DNA of 64,000 nt from Schizochytrium sp. TIO01. Lineage: Eukaryota > Protista > Bigyra: Labyrinthulomycetes. The position numbers and the translations under genes are program-made. Location of the stretch: NCBI GenBank assembly GCA_004764695.1, contig SMSO01000037.1:4874747-4938746 (forward strand). Direction: 5' to 3'. The notes under the pieces are model-generated. The model searched no databases and was not told the DNA's origin. It saw nothing but the letters and a program-made list of their open reading frames with translations. Positions 49,772-62,548 of the stretch are shown piece by piece. The number at the start of each line of letters is the position of its first letter. The stretch's first letter is position 1.

Positions 49772-51525
49772 GAGCGAGCGAGCTGAGTCCGCAGCAGAGA
49801 GGAGAGGTGCCGCCGAAATGCATCGCAGGTGGAGCGTGCATGCCTGGACAATGCAGGCCTGCCTCGCTGACCCAGGTGCTGGCAGAGGCGGAGCCACATT
49901 CCTCCACTGATGAGGAGGAAGCAGTGGAAACAATAAGTAGGCAAGTAAGGAAGTACCCATAGATCGACCTTAAGGGGATGCGATAGAGTGGCGTAGCAGT
50001 CGGATAGGGAGCTCTACTGCGGAGTAAATTGACTCTGTTTCTTCTTTTTTAGTTAATGCTCTGCTCGTACTACTACATTGGGTGTGCAGCTGTTTTTTTT
50101 ATTGTTGTTGTTTTTTGTTGCTTTTTTGGCTTTTTAATAATAAGTGCTCTGTTGAAGCAGTTTAGTAAGTTTGACTTGAAAACAGAATTGGAAGAGAAAA
50201 TATTGTTCAGACAAGGAACCTTGTGCCCTCACGGGGAAACAATACACTCTTCAATTTGACCGAAAAAAGAAAATCGTTATAATGTTTTCTTTTTTCTTTT
50301 ATTTTTTAAATGATGATTTATCGTTATTTATATTTTTAATTGTTTCAGATAAAGGTACCTATGAATAATATGGGCAAAACAGGGAGGCATCGAGCGATTA
50401 TTAACTTTTAAAATATTTCTCTCAAGATTAATTACCTTTTTTTAATGAATTCACTTTTGAAAGTTTAGGTTTGCCATCATGTACACATAAATATATAGTG
50501 AAATGAGGAAGGGGGTTAGCTTGCAAAGAAAAGAAAATAATCATTTTATTTTTAAAAGTTTCTGCACCTATTCTTTCTTCACTGTTAGAATTTGAATTAT
50601 ATAGATTTGTTTTTAATGCTCACTCTGACATAAATTATACTTTCACTTTAAATTGAAAAAAAAAAAATAACAAAATCATCTCGACTTTTATTTTTATTTT
50701 ATTTTTTTTATTTTTTCCATTTTATTTCGATTTTATTTCGATTTCGATTATTTTTATTTTTTTTTTAATTAGAAAGCCTCACATCATTCACATGATTTGA
50801 ACCGTACAAGAAAGGAAAGTGCTAACTCCCTTTCAGAAGTAATAGAAAAAAAGTGATTGTGATCTATCTTTTCAAAGAAAGAAACCAGTGGCATTACTTT
50901 ATCCTGAGGTGCTGCTTTTACTTTCACGATAGACTGAAGGACGGCCTCAAGTCTCACACGGGAAGAGGCCTCAAAGAGGGCAACTACCTCAGTGTAGCAG
51001 TGATAACACGTCAGTCTCTAGCAATCGATCAACTTGAACCAGCACACCTCTAGCCAGCTAGTGCTACTACCAAGTTCTGAGAGCCCCCTCTTCATTTAAA
51101 TAGTGTGACGTTATTGGCGCAAGTAATAGATAAGCAATTACTTACTTGCTTTTGGAAGCAAGGCAGCAGAATCAAGACTGGAGTCGAGTGACCTCGTGGT
51201 GGGCGCTGAGTGACCTCTATAGAAAGAATCATTGCGCGTTGCAAGAGGCAGAGAGGTACCTAAATAGCTAGCTATAGCTAGAAAAGAGAGAAAGTGGACT
51301 TTGAAAGCAGAGCAAAGAGAAGGGAATGGAAGGTGAAAGAACCTGCCGATTGCACGATTGAAAGCTGAGGTAGAATCCGCGTCGCTTGATGCTACTTGCT
51401 GTGCCTCGCGTTGCTCTCCATGGCCAGACGTCATGGGTAAAGGAGTGACCCTCTGCTGGACCCTGAGAGTGCTCCGTAGCAAAGCGGGGCGAATACAGTG
51501 CAGGCCTCTGGCCTTTTGACACACC

Positions 51526-51557
<32 letters not shown>

Positions 51558-54500
51558 GCACGCGCTCACCTTGAGCTAGTAGCCAGCCATTCTTAACGCA
51601 TGTCTGTACAGAGGGAGGATGGCAAAAGGAAGGCTCGCCAAAGGGAGGGCACTTTGCATTGTGCCGTTTGTTTTGCTCCTGTAGACGGATGGATTCATCT
51701 TCTGATAAATGGGCAGCACCTTGGGAGGGGAAAGGGAGGAGCTGGTTCAACACCATTGCCTACGGTGAGTTTGCACGCATTGCTAGATGACGAGAAGCAA
51801 AACAGGCAGGGTCGCGGCCCGCAACTGAGATAGCTCCAAAACTCAGTCCATGGTCGTGTTGGACGCTACTGCACCTACCAAAGATGCCTTGCCTTTCTGC
51901 GCTAGTTTCGTTGCTGCACTTGCTTTTGCAACTTCTGCGACCCAGAGAGATATTTGACATCGATTCTGTCTGTGTGAACAAGCTATAGCATTGGCAGAAA
52001 GCACTTTCCTTAGAGTCTACGGCTCAAGTTGCGCTGGCGGGAAGCTGCTTGTAGCAAGAACCTAGCTTCTCAACTCACCTGCGAATGGACTTGGATTTGC
52101 CAATCTGCATCACAGGAGCACTTGGGAACACTCCCTTCCTCACTCACTCACTCACTCTCTCTCTCTCTCTCTTTCTCTCACACACCGAAATTTCAGACTT
52201 CTCTTAGCTTCTCGATACCAGGTACGCTAAGAAGGTGCTCGCTTGCTTGTACTCTGATTTTAGAATACTTAGGCAGAATTAGCAAGTCCATGAAAATCAA
52301 AGGAAAGCCGGTCTCACTGATCACAGTTTCACAGAGTTAGATGTCAAAACTTTACAGGAACACATCGTCCTGTCGACTTGGTGCATAACGTGAGCTCCGG
52401 GGAAGAGCTGTTTTTTCCTCCTCTTTGAAAACGGTATGCGAGAGCACTAGCTACTGGACACTTGTGCACATTTGCCAACAGCTTCCACTGTGGTACAATC
52501 AGTGGATGCTGGTGAGGTGCATCATTTTAGAAATAAGAAAAGTTGAAATGGAAGGAAACTCATACATTTCGTTACCACCTCTTGTTTTCGATGTCAAAGA
52601 GCTCACTGAATGCTAGCAGATGCCTAGTCCCCAGTAGGGAGTACGCCGGCTGGCCAAGAGTGGGTAAGTTTCCAGTAGTTTGTTGACTAAGGAACAGGTC
52701 AAGGCATCCAAAGCCTTCTTTGGCTCTGCACTGCGCCACCAGGTCAGGCAAGTGAATCACAATGGCATATTGGCAACAAGAGAGACTTCAAACACCCACA
52801 CATAGCAAGTGAAGGGAAAACACCCTGGCGAGACCTGGCGGAACCTGGCGATCCTTGGACCTTAGGAGAAAAGGGGAAAAAGGAAAGAGAAGAAATCTCC
52901 AACAGTGCATCCTCTCCAACAAGAATCATCAGCTCACAAGATTATCAAGCTAAGCCGTGCTGCAGCTTCTTTACAAAGATAATGCCTCTCCTCACTCACC
53001 CTCAGACAAACCGCGCTCATTTTGGTTCCATCACTTCGGAGAAGAAGAAGTGAAGCTAAAAAATGCCTTCCCAATTCCGTCTGATAGTTTTACTAGATAA
53101 TTTCCCCTTTTATTTCTATGTTTGTTTTTAAAAGTTGAAGGAATCATCTTTATTCAACGTTATGCTTTCAAGATGCATTTGTCCAACTAAGCCTTGTTGG
53201 AGGGAACGTGACCACGATACCGCACCTTGCTACCAATCCAGCTAGAACTTTCTCTCAACTGAGGCTATCATTTCATACTTTGCATGTCTTTGTATGACAT
53301 TGCCTAAAATTCCATCTAAAAATCCCGCATACGTAGTTTTTAAAAGCGAGGTGAGAACCTTTTCTTTTCAATTGTAGCTACCGAGGAATAGCTTTTAATA
53401 GGAAACTATAGAAGTAACAGCATCCCACGCATTTGATGACTTGCAGCGGGAAGCGTACGCGTTTCAGGATTCGCATCAGCTACTTTGGAGTAGAAAGTGG
53501 GGGCGAGGAAGGGGCTAAGTTCCCCAAACACTAGACATCTGCTTTAAATATTACAGTCCTGAGCTGGTGTATAGCAACCCAGCAAGGAATTTCCCTTGAG
53601 GGTTTTGTCTCTTCAAAAGATGGATTTTTGTTACAGAAAGAAATTTATGACTCAAGGCTCGCACTACTGATTTCTCAGGGGGAAACCTAGGACGCAGTAT
53701 ACATTCATTGTTCTTGTAGGTATTGTCTTGGTCATTCTATCGAAGAAGAAATAGAACACAGAGTTTTCAATAATAAAATATTACTCACCAGTGATTTGGC
53801 AAATAGAAAAGAGGGGTTGAAGCTTGATTCTATAGCAACACACAGTTTCATGTGTAAAGAAACGTCTCCAAAACAAAACAAAAAAGAGCAGCTAAAGAGC
53901 TGTTGTTGCGTCCAACTGACGTATAATATTCACCAAGTGTAGAGCTCTTAAGTTTGCATAGTAGCCAATGTCCAAGACAGATAAAGAGTCAGTCTCTGAG
54001 AGCTGCGGAAAAGGTGCTAAATCATTCAGTTATCCTCCACATGTTAGCTTACTACTGGGTCTTTGCTGCACGGAGCTCTTCACTGCATGTCATGTTTCAA
54101 TTTAAATAGGTTCAGCAGCAACGAATAATAACAAGAACCTACCTTTGCAGCTGCGATAAAGCCTTTATTGTGATTTTAACTTCAAAAGAATGTCGCCCGC
54201 TGTGCAAGGCTTTCAATAACTCTCCTCAGCATACAAGTGAAAAGGAATAGGTGCATAGACCGATAGGCACTTATTTCCTCCTTTACTTATTTCCGTAACC
54301 CTCCTTGCACGGCAGGCAAAGAAGACAAGCTATAGCTTTCTTTACGTGTTGTATCGTATGCTAAATAGCTTTCATCTGTGTGAGCTGGCATACAAGAAAG
54401 CTTCCTGTGTATACCCGATATAGTAAAACTAAACGATCAAAATTCATCGGCCGTTTAAAAAAACTGGCCAAAGTGCGCTCCAGCTGACGTGTAGTCCACA

Positions 54501-55617
54501 TGAGTTCTTCAACAAATGAACGTGAGAAAAGGAAAAGAAAAAAAAAAAAAAGGAGTGCCTGTGTTTTCTTTAACTGTTTTCGCTCGTTTTCCGCAGCACT
54601 ACGTTTCTTCTTCTTTACTCTTCTTCTTTACCATTAGAACTTACCTTGTAGACAGACCCACTAGAGGCCGAGGAATAAAACGGACGGTTTTCTAAAACTC
54701 TACGGCAGCCGATTGCCAAACGTCAAAACGCTGCTGCTGCTGCTGCGAGTTTCATCTGCTTTTATGCTAGCTGCGTTCCTCTAAATCGTAATTGCTGGTC
54801 TACACTTTTTCACACCCATATTTTCTTATCACAAGCTGTTTACGAGGTGCTGGTGGCAGATGAAGCAGACGAGTTACCAAGTCAAGAGATGCAGTTGCTT
54901 ACCCTCTACGTGTGGGAAGCATCTTTGGGGGGCACAGCAATTGATTAAACTAAGATTTAGAAAAGAAATTGTAGCAAAGTACAAGCAATGAGTCTCCACA
55001 TGACAATTGGGAAAGGATGTCTTAGAGAGCCTCTCGTAAAAAGTTTTTGCAGTATTTCCATCTCGTAACTGACAAAGCTGGAGCGAATGACCAAATCTCA
55101 TGTCGAGACGCGATACGTTAAAGGAATATGTGTCTTACTTATGCGGAGCTCACTATCCACCAGCTTGGTGCAGATACAACAAATCATCTTTGTATGGACT
55201 TGGACTTTAGAAAAGATATGACGTGATAAACTGTAATTAAATTATTCAATCTACAGTCTTCAAAACGAAGCTCAAATAATCAGACAGTTCAACTTCTCTC
55301 TCTCTCCAAGCACAAAAATGCAATGAGCCAGTTCGCCGTTTGATAATCTTTCAACAAACATGTTCTTCACACAGACACGAATGTTCTTGTTGGACTAGCA
55401 CCATTGCAAACTGGATTGCGCACTTCATTCTTTGACTTTGATGTTCTTTTCATGTAAGAATGAGGGGCACGCCCGAGACTGATTGCAAAAGACTTCACTA
55501 GACAAAATCCATGTGACACCACTGAAATCATTTTCTGAAGTTTAAAAACTTTATTTATGTTTATTCTTGTCATTTCTTCTCTCCACTCTTGACATGCTCT
55601 GCTGTTTTGCGAAAGTG

Positions 55618-55645
55618 CCCCCCCCCCCCCCCCCCCCAAAAAAAA
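55618..55645 (+). repeat. C20 homopolymer followed by A8
   Basis: Read directly from the sequence. Confidence 0.9.
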
Positions 55646-56828
55646 GGTTAATCATAGCTCAGATTTTCGAATTTTCTCTTGATTACTATTTCAAATTTTC
55701 TATTACAAAACACATTAGATTGAAACTCTGGACAACTGCTTAGCTTTGGAATTTCTGAACTTTTCGTTTTTCTTCTTGACATTTTTAATTATAAATTTGT
55801 TACAGCAACTAGCTTTGTTTGTGAAGCTCGCAGCTCGTGCTAACTGTGTTGTTGTGTGATGGAGGTTTTGAAGTATTGACAATAAAACGTGTTTGCTGTT
55901 CGGGCTGCTTGCTCCATGTAAGGACTCGTTTGGGCGCGTCAGAACTTCACAGGTGACGCGAAATTACTGTTATTTGTTGCATGATATGATCATGGTACAA
56001 ACACCGTTCACTTGGGTTGAGTTGGGGGGTGTCTTAGGATTTCATATTTCTACAATGAAATGAGTCTTTAAAGATCCAGTTTGTCTCGACATGCGAGTGT
56101 TTGTATTACGCACTAGCATTCGCCCGTCGCTAAAAACTCGAAATCCAATTTTCAAATGCCCCAAATTATAGACTAGCAGTACCTACTTTGATATGTCTAT
56201 TTTTAAAAGTGTCCAAGGCCATAGACTAGCAAGCACCATCTCTTTTATTGGTCTTTTAGTTCTGGTTTTTACTATTCCGAAATTAGAAACAAACATCACC
56301 TCATTCGTTGCTTATCTTGTTCACCATCCTCAATCGCACATCATAAATATATACTGAGAACACACATTTTCTTTTGCCTATAATAGAATCAAATGCAGCC
56401 CAGCGATCTATGTACCCCATGTTCTGTACTATGTTCTGGACCATGTTCCTCTCTTCAACGATTCTGCTCTTCATTTTAATACTATCTACCTAATGCCGTA
56501 TCACAAGGGCAGCAGTGAAGCGTCGCGAGGCCACCGCTATCCAAAACTATAGTAGTAGTATTAGTAAGTATATATTAGTTAATGGCTTCGTAGGGTAGTA
56601 GATATACCTACTAGGTAGAAAAAATGGCTTTGTATCTATATAACAACGAAGTTGCAAGGAGCACTGTTCTGTGATCAAAGTCCTTCCTTCACGCTGAGTC
56701 TTCTTCACGCCCGGCAATATCAGCCGGACTTGAAGAAGCTGACGGCAACGTAGAGTCTCGTGCTCTGAACACTGATCTGTGCCCCGAACTCTAGCTGGTG
56801 GACCAAGGGTGCGCCTCTAGCAAGGATC

Positions 56829-57596
56829 ATGACGGACAACGAGGAAGATAAGGTGCGTCTGGACCACGAAGGACGTGACGTTTGGCTTGTACGCGTGCCT
56901 CCAAGTGTCGCGCGCGCGTGGGATCAAGTAAATGATGAAGATGCTCAACTTGGAAAGCTGCGAATTTATCACGCTCAGGAAGGCGAGAGGCCGCAAATTA
57001 CTTTTCATATGACTCAAGGAGCAGTCCCTTCGAAAACCGCGCTCGGCACAACGACGGATTTCACTTTGCAATTCATTGATGGAAAGCCCAACCAGCGTAT
57101 CTTCTCAAAGGGAGATGCAGGTGTAGATTTCCAGGGTGTTGTGGAGCACTCTTTTCTCATGCAACCACTCCGATCTCAAGCGTACCAAGATGCTGTGCAC
57201 AAGCGAGTCCGCCAGCAGGTCGAAAAGGGTCGGCATACGAAGGAGATTGACGGATGGGAGATGATGCGGAGGCAGAAGAAGAACCACATTGTGCGCATCG
57301 AAGACCCTGCAAACAGAAACCTTGGCGCCGGGGAAGATGGCAACGCCAAGAGGAGAAAACTTGACAATTCCGAGGAGTCAAAGCTGCGTGAGCGTATTTT
57401 TGAACTGTTCTCGCGCAAGGATAGTGATGGCAAACGCTTGACCCATTGGACCCTTAAGGATGCCAAGAATGAGCTTGGATTTGGAGAAACTCCTGTGCGC
57501 AATATCCTGCGCACCCTGTGTATTTATCATCGTGATGGCGACTATGCGCGCACCTACGAGCTCAAGCCCGAATTCAAATCCTCTGCTAGCAGTTAG
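56829..57596 (+). CDS. GTF2F2: Transcription initiation factor IIF beta subunit (RAP30/Tfg2)
   Basis: N-terminal VWLVRVPPSVARAW...LGKLRI dimerisation module. C-terminal winged helix IFELFS...HWTLKD...RNILRTLCIYHRDG...YELKPEFK. Confidence 0.93.
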   Translation: MTDNEEDKVRLDHEGRDVWLVRVPPSVARAWDQVNDEDAQLGKLRIYHAQEGERPQITFHMTQGAVPSKTALGTTTDFTLQFIDGKPNQRIFSKGDAGVDFQGVVEHSFLMQPLRSQAYQDAVHKRVRQQVEKGRHTKEIDGWEMMRRQKKNHIVRIEDPANRNLGAGEDGNAKRRKLDNSEESKLRERIFELFSRKDSDGKRLTHWTLKDAKNELGFGETPVRNILRTLCIYHRDGDYARTYELKPEFKSSASS

Positions 57597-59029
57597 ACGC
57601 TCAAGTCAATATCCAATCTACAATTTCAAGCAGTGGGAGTAATCTTTCTTTGCCTGCGCCATCACGACTGCAAGCAGCGATTATTCATCACACCTTAGCA
57701 TAGGAAAGTAAAATTAGTATAGCGCTTTTTTGGTTGACTTCACTACTTTACATTTATCCTCTTGCTTTGTTAACACCCTAGGCCGCAGTCCTTTATGGTG
57801 GCTTCAGTCAGTATTAATAAACCTTTTACTTTCTTTCCCCTACACGGCCTCGATGTCCAAACCGAATTGCAATGTTTCGAAGCTATACTCTTCACTTTCT
57901 TCTTCCACTAAGAAGAGGCAATCACTAGAATAACATACCGAACGCTGCTTGTTTTACTGCTTCTTTTCACATGCCCAGGGAAAGACGTTCCCTTTCCCTC
58001 TCGCCCTTTTGAGTTGGTTATTGTCCACTTCACTGCTATCTTTGACAAGTCCCCTCCTTTGGTCAATCATTAAATAAAAGGGTAATTATTCAGGAATGAC
58101 CAACTAGCTTTCCTTTATTTCAGAAAAGGCATTTCCTTTTTTCGAAGGTACGGCAACTGTTTTTGTTTTTTGTAGTGTTCCACATGATGTAAACTACTCC
58201 GCAAGATTCGTACGCTATGACTTTCAGGAGCCACTGAGCAAGTCTCTTTTATCCCCTCCATCATCATGCCACTAAAGAATGTTTCATGTCTTTTTTGTCC
58301 TAGCCCCTGAGCCTTTCATGTTCATCTTCCTTCCTGCATAACTGGGTTAACTACATGTTTGTATGCCTTGTGCGCTGAGCCTCCTTCTCTAACCGCCTGC
58401 TATCCTGGTAGAGGAGACCTCCAAGGAAGCTCCCATTCTTTGAGATCAACTCGATCATCATGAGCAACTTCGCCTCATCGGGAAACGCAAAACATCATAA
58501 GGGTTTCGCACACGTCATGACAGGGCTTTGCATTCTACTTTTTGATGCTGCAAGAACTTTTGATGCCAAGACATTTGATTAGTTCTTCATTTGTTTATCC
58601 TTTTTTTAATTAGCATCGCTGACTCGTACTAGTAGGTAGCGAGAGGTACTTTTTTTTTTTAAACCTCTAATGGAACATACAGCCGGTAGTACCTATTATT
58701 AGTTACTGCTATGAGGCAATTGCCTAATTTCTCATCAGTCCTTCTATCTCTTCAAAGCGCACGCGCCCTCAGCATGAGCCAGCGACACATCATACCTAGC
58801 TAGGTACAGCAGAAGTCGTCACTTGATGAGTTCTCGCAAACTCGGATTGGGTTGCAGAGAGTTTATCTACTTGCCAAACCTTGCGCAGCGGCCTCGGGAC
58901 GTGAAGCTGGGCTTTGACTTGGCACCTCTGCATCGAGCATCAACCTTGATTCTTTTTTCACCTAAGGCGTTTCCGTTTATCACTGGAAGGGTTCGTTTCC
59001 TCTGAAGCCATTCATCTCCCATCGTCGCC

Positions 59030-59866
59030 ATGGGGTTCTTTAGCTGCGGCTGTATGCGGCTTCCAAAGGACCAAGAGGGTACCACGAGGCGATGTGAAAA
59101 GGACTCTGCCCCTGTGGAATTGCCTGCGGGAGCCGCTCTTGAGGCGCAGGCAGAAAATAAAATCAAGGTGCCTGTGGGCGAGGAGCCCAAAACCTATGAA
59201 AATGCTGCTTTGATCGAAAATAAAGACTCCTCCAGAGGGCAGCAGAAAGCAGACGAGACCCCCAATGATGATCCTTGTGAGCTTGTGATCGAGGATATCA
59301 CAAATGACACTACCCAACATGATGCAGATGTAAATATGCAGGAGAGTCCTGCAATGGAAGGGCCACTTCCCCGGGATGGCTTCGACATAAATTATGGGTC
59401 TCATGAGGATGAGCTCTCTACGGGTGGCCATGTTGACCATGAAGATGCAGACTTGAACGTTGAGGACGCATGCCACGAAAATGGACCTGATATGGAGTTC
59501 GAGCATCATGAGGGTAGTATGGAAGAGGCTCATGATACTGTGCCTGAGCTTGTAAATCACGAGGCGGATACCAGCATGACCAAGAAGCCACGTATTTCAC
59601 AGAGCATCTCAGATCGCATGGCACGTTTCTCAGGTCAGAGCAAGGGCAGCAGCGTCAGTAGCACCAGCGAAACAGAATTGTCGAATTCAAATGAACCGGT
59701 TGATGAGAGTTATGGCATTCAGTCTGTGCGCAAAGATCGCGAAGCTCGCATTGATGATTTGCAGTCCCGAGTCAAAACACGTCAGATGAATACCAAAAGA
59801 ACTGCAAAACACATGGAAGACCTCATATGGATCAGCCAAAATACTGTGAATATCAAGCACTTTTAA
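59030..59866 (+). CDS. Hypothetical acidic disordered protein with N-terminal myristoylation/palmitoylation-like motif
   Basis: 278-aa ORF with good start context GTCGCC-ATG. Begins MGFFSCGC. D/E-rich middle and a short basic helical C-terminus. Confidence 0.75.
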   Translation: MGFFSCGCMRLPKDQEGTTRRCEKDSAPVELPAGAALEAQAENKIKVPVGEEPKTYENAALIENKDSSRGQQKADETPNDDPCELVIEDITNDTTQHDADVNMQESPAMEGPLPRDGFDINYGSHEDELSTGGHVDHEDADLNVEDACHENGPDMEFEHHEGSMEEAHDTVPELVNHEADTSMTKKPRISQSISDRMARFSGQSKGSSVSSTSETELSNSNEPVDESYGIQSVRKDREARIDDLQSRVKTRQMNTKRTAKHMEDLIWISQNTVNIKHF

Positions 59867-60691
59867 AGCAAGGCACTCCATCATGGTGCGCTCTTTTCTT
59901 TCTCTGTCAAAGATGTCTATGATGCGCGTATGTAAGGAAAACAAAACCATGATTCATCCCTGTGAACTAAGCATGCGTTGTGCTTTTCTATGAGATATAT
60001 GCTGACTCTTGACTATACTATGTCTGCGTACCACGCTCTCTGTTCTGAGGATACAGCCAAAACGATGATGCATTGGTTGGATACGTAGAGGCAAGCTTCT
60101 CTTCATGATCATGGATAAATCACCATATTTGGGCCCGCAAAGGACTTCTTTTATTCATGTTTGCCTTCCTTTCCTTTTCTTTTTTTTTTTTTAATGAAAA
60201 AATGAGCCCCCCTGGAGGAAGGAGGATCCATCTCTCCAGAGCTTATGATTGTTTTGATTTCCCTGGTTTTTTTTTGTTTTTTCTCTATAAAGATCATCTC
60301 ATTTGTTTTGTTCGATTTGTTGATTTGATGTCTTCGCATCGCACTTTAGCCCCAAATACTTCCGTCCAAAAATTGTAGAACAATAGACAAGTTTGCATTG
60401 CGAGAAAAGGGAGGGGGGTATTAAAAAACTCGTTATGACATATATCCAATTAATGTTAAGAGGTGTTGCACTCAAGCATCTCCGCTGTCTCCGCTCATTC
60501 ATGTGTATGATTGACAAAATCAGAGCGTGAAGAATAAAATCTCAATGCTGGAATCTCCTTGAGCAAGGTGAGATGATTTGAAGTACGAGCACAATAAAAT
60601 TGTATCAATGAACTTTTAGAATACAGGATTGAGACACCGCAAGGAACTAAAAAGAGCAAGAGCAGGGTCGAATGTAAAGATTACTTGATGT

Positions 60692-61162
60692 TCATTTTGA
60701 ATTGACGGCCGTGACAATAATGTTACGAAGTTCGGACTCGTTCCAGCCGCGCAACGAGTTCGTCTCCTTGGCATCGCACGAGAAGACTTTAAAGGTGGGC
60801 ATGGCGGAGATGCCGTGTGCGCTCGCAACGTCCCTTGCCTCATCAACATTGACCTTGGCAAAGATAACATCCTCTTCCTTGTATACCTTGGACATCTCGC
60901 CGTACACAGGAGCCGCCGAACGGCATGGAGGACACCACGTGGCATAATAGTCAACAACCAAAATAGCCCGTGTATTTTTGCACTCTTGAATGAGGCCTTT
61001 GAAGTCTGCCATACTGGCAATGCTGCGTACCTTGGAGCCCTCCACGACCGGAAATGGTTGTGAATTTTTGTATAGCCGCAGCAGCAAGTATCCCACGAGC
61101 ACAAGCAATAGAGGGTGATCGAAGACAAAGGATATCACCATTTGCAGTCCATCCTCGAGCAT
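60692..61162 (-). CDS. Thioredoxin with N-terminal membrane anchor (WCPPC active site)
   Basis: VVDYYATWCPPC, FAKVNVDE, cis-Pro AMPTF. Hydrophobic PLLLVLVGYLLLRLY. Start context GGCAAA-ATG. Confidence 0.95.
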   Translation of the reverse strand: MLEDGLQMVISFVFDHPLLLVLVGYLLLRLYKNSQPFPVVEGSKVRSIASMADFKGLIQECKNTRAILVVDYYATWCPPCRSAAPVYGEMSKVYKEEDVIFAKVNVDEARDVASAHGISAMPTFKVFSCDAKETNSLRGWNESELRNIIVTAVNSK

Positions 61163-62462
61163 TTTGCCTGGTATGTTTGTTTCCGAATTATATGCGTGGC
61201 TTTGCAGGGCACTGATGGCAATACCCTTTGGCCTCGCCCAACTTCTCCGGCGTACTTCCTTCGAGCAGCTCTTGGGAGAGGTTTGTCCTGCCGCGAGGGA
61301 AGAACTTGGGGTTCAATTTAAGTTTGCTGTAGCGGAGAAATGAGAAGTGAGAAGTCATAAGGTAGCTAACTAGCAGGTACCTATGTAAACAGTAGCAGAT
61401 ACTACTTTCACTTAGGTCCTCCTATTGTAAATAGAATTTTACGATACTTCACTTGCTCTTTGTTCCTGCTGCACTTTCCTTCCCTCTAATGATTTTTGGT
61501 CATTGCGTTTTAATTTCCTTCCAACCTACTAGGTGTCTTTCTGCTTCTTCAACGTTGACCGTAGTTGCTTCTTTTTTGAAGTCTTCTTTTTTGCTAAAGG
61601 TTTTCTGGGTTCTCCGATAGCACAAAAGGCCGTAGAGGTAGCACTGCCTATCAGGGGAAGTAGGTAGTAATAGTATTACCTGAGACTATATGAAAAGTTA
61701 GACAAAGCTATGTAAAATGTTTCAAAGACGGGACTTTCATAGCGTAGTTGTAAAAACATAGATAAAGAGCAATCACATGATATTCAACATAGCTGATGAA
61801 GCAAAGCAAAGCTGCAGAGCTCCATTCTGATGCAATAGAAGTCGAGACAAACAAACCAAAAATGTTCTTTCCCCAAGTGCTACCTGAGGGTCCCGCTTGA
61901 TGCAGAGACGCCAGCCTGTCCGTAGCACGCGGTATCTTACATAGACGCTACAGATGGCCTCTCTCTCTGATCACTTGGGCCACACAAACTTTCAACTATC
62001 TACCATTTCAAAAAACGACGTTGAGGCCGATTTGCCCAAGTACAATCATAACTTGAAAAAGACCAATTTGATTTGCAAACTGAACGTAGGCATTGGAGGT
62101 CAAAGTTCTGGAAATGGAAAACGGACCCCGTTGGGCCCAGAATTTGCATGTCGTGGTCGTGTACTAATAACTTCAAGAGAAACGAAGAACGGGACCTACT
62201 AGTATACGATTGCGTAAGGAAAATATGATACCTTCTATAAATAACATGATTGTCCTGTGCACACGAGAACCATATGGTGACTATCTCGACAGAGTAGAAC
62301 CCAGCTAGCCTTGACTCGCTTAGACTTGAGTCCTGATTTGTCTTAGCTAAACACAAAATAAGTAAAAAACCACAGAACTTTGATCTCATCGCTGTAAATG
62401 CCATCTGATCTTTGTAGGAATCGCTGCCTTGGGCCGCCCGTCTTGTGCTGGGACCGCTAAAG

Positions 62463-62548
62463 CATCACGGCCTCCTTGAGCTTTCTATATTCCTGGAAAC
62501 AGGCATCATCACGGCCTCCTTGAGCTTTCTGTATTCCTGGAAACAGGC
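62463..62548 (+). repeat. Tandem duplication, 44-bp period
   Basis: CATCACGGCCTCCTTGAGCTTTCT(A/G)TATTCCTGGAAACAGGC at 62463 and 62507, one mismatch. Confidence 0.92.
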
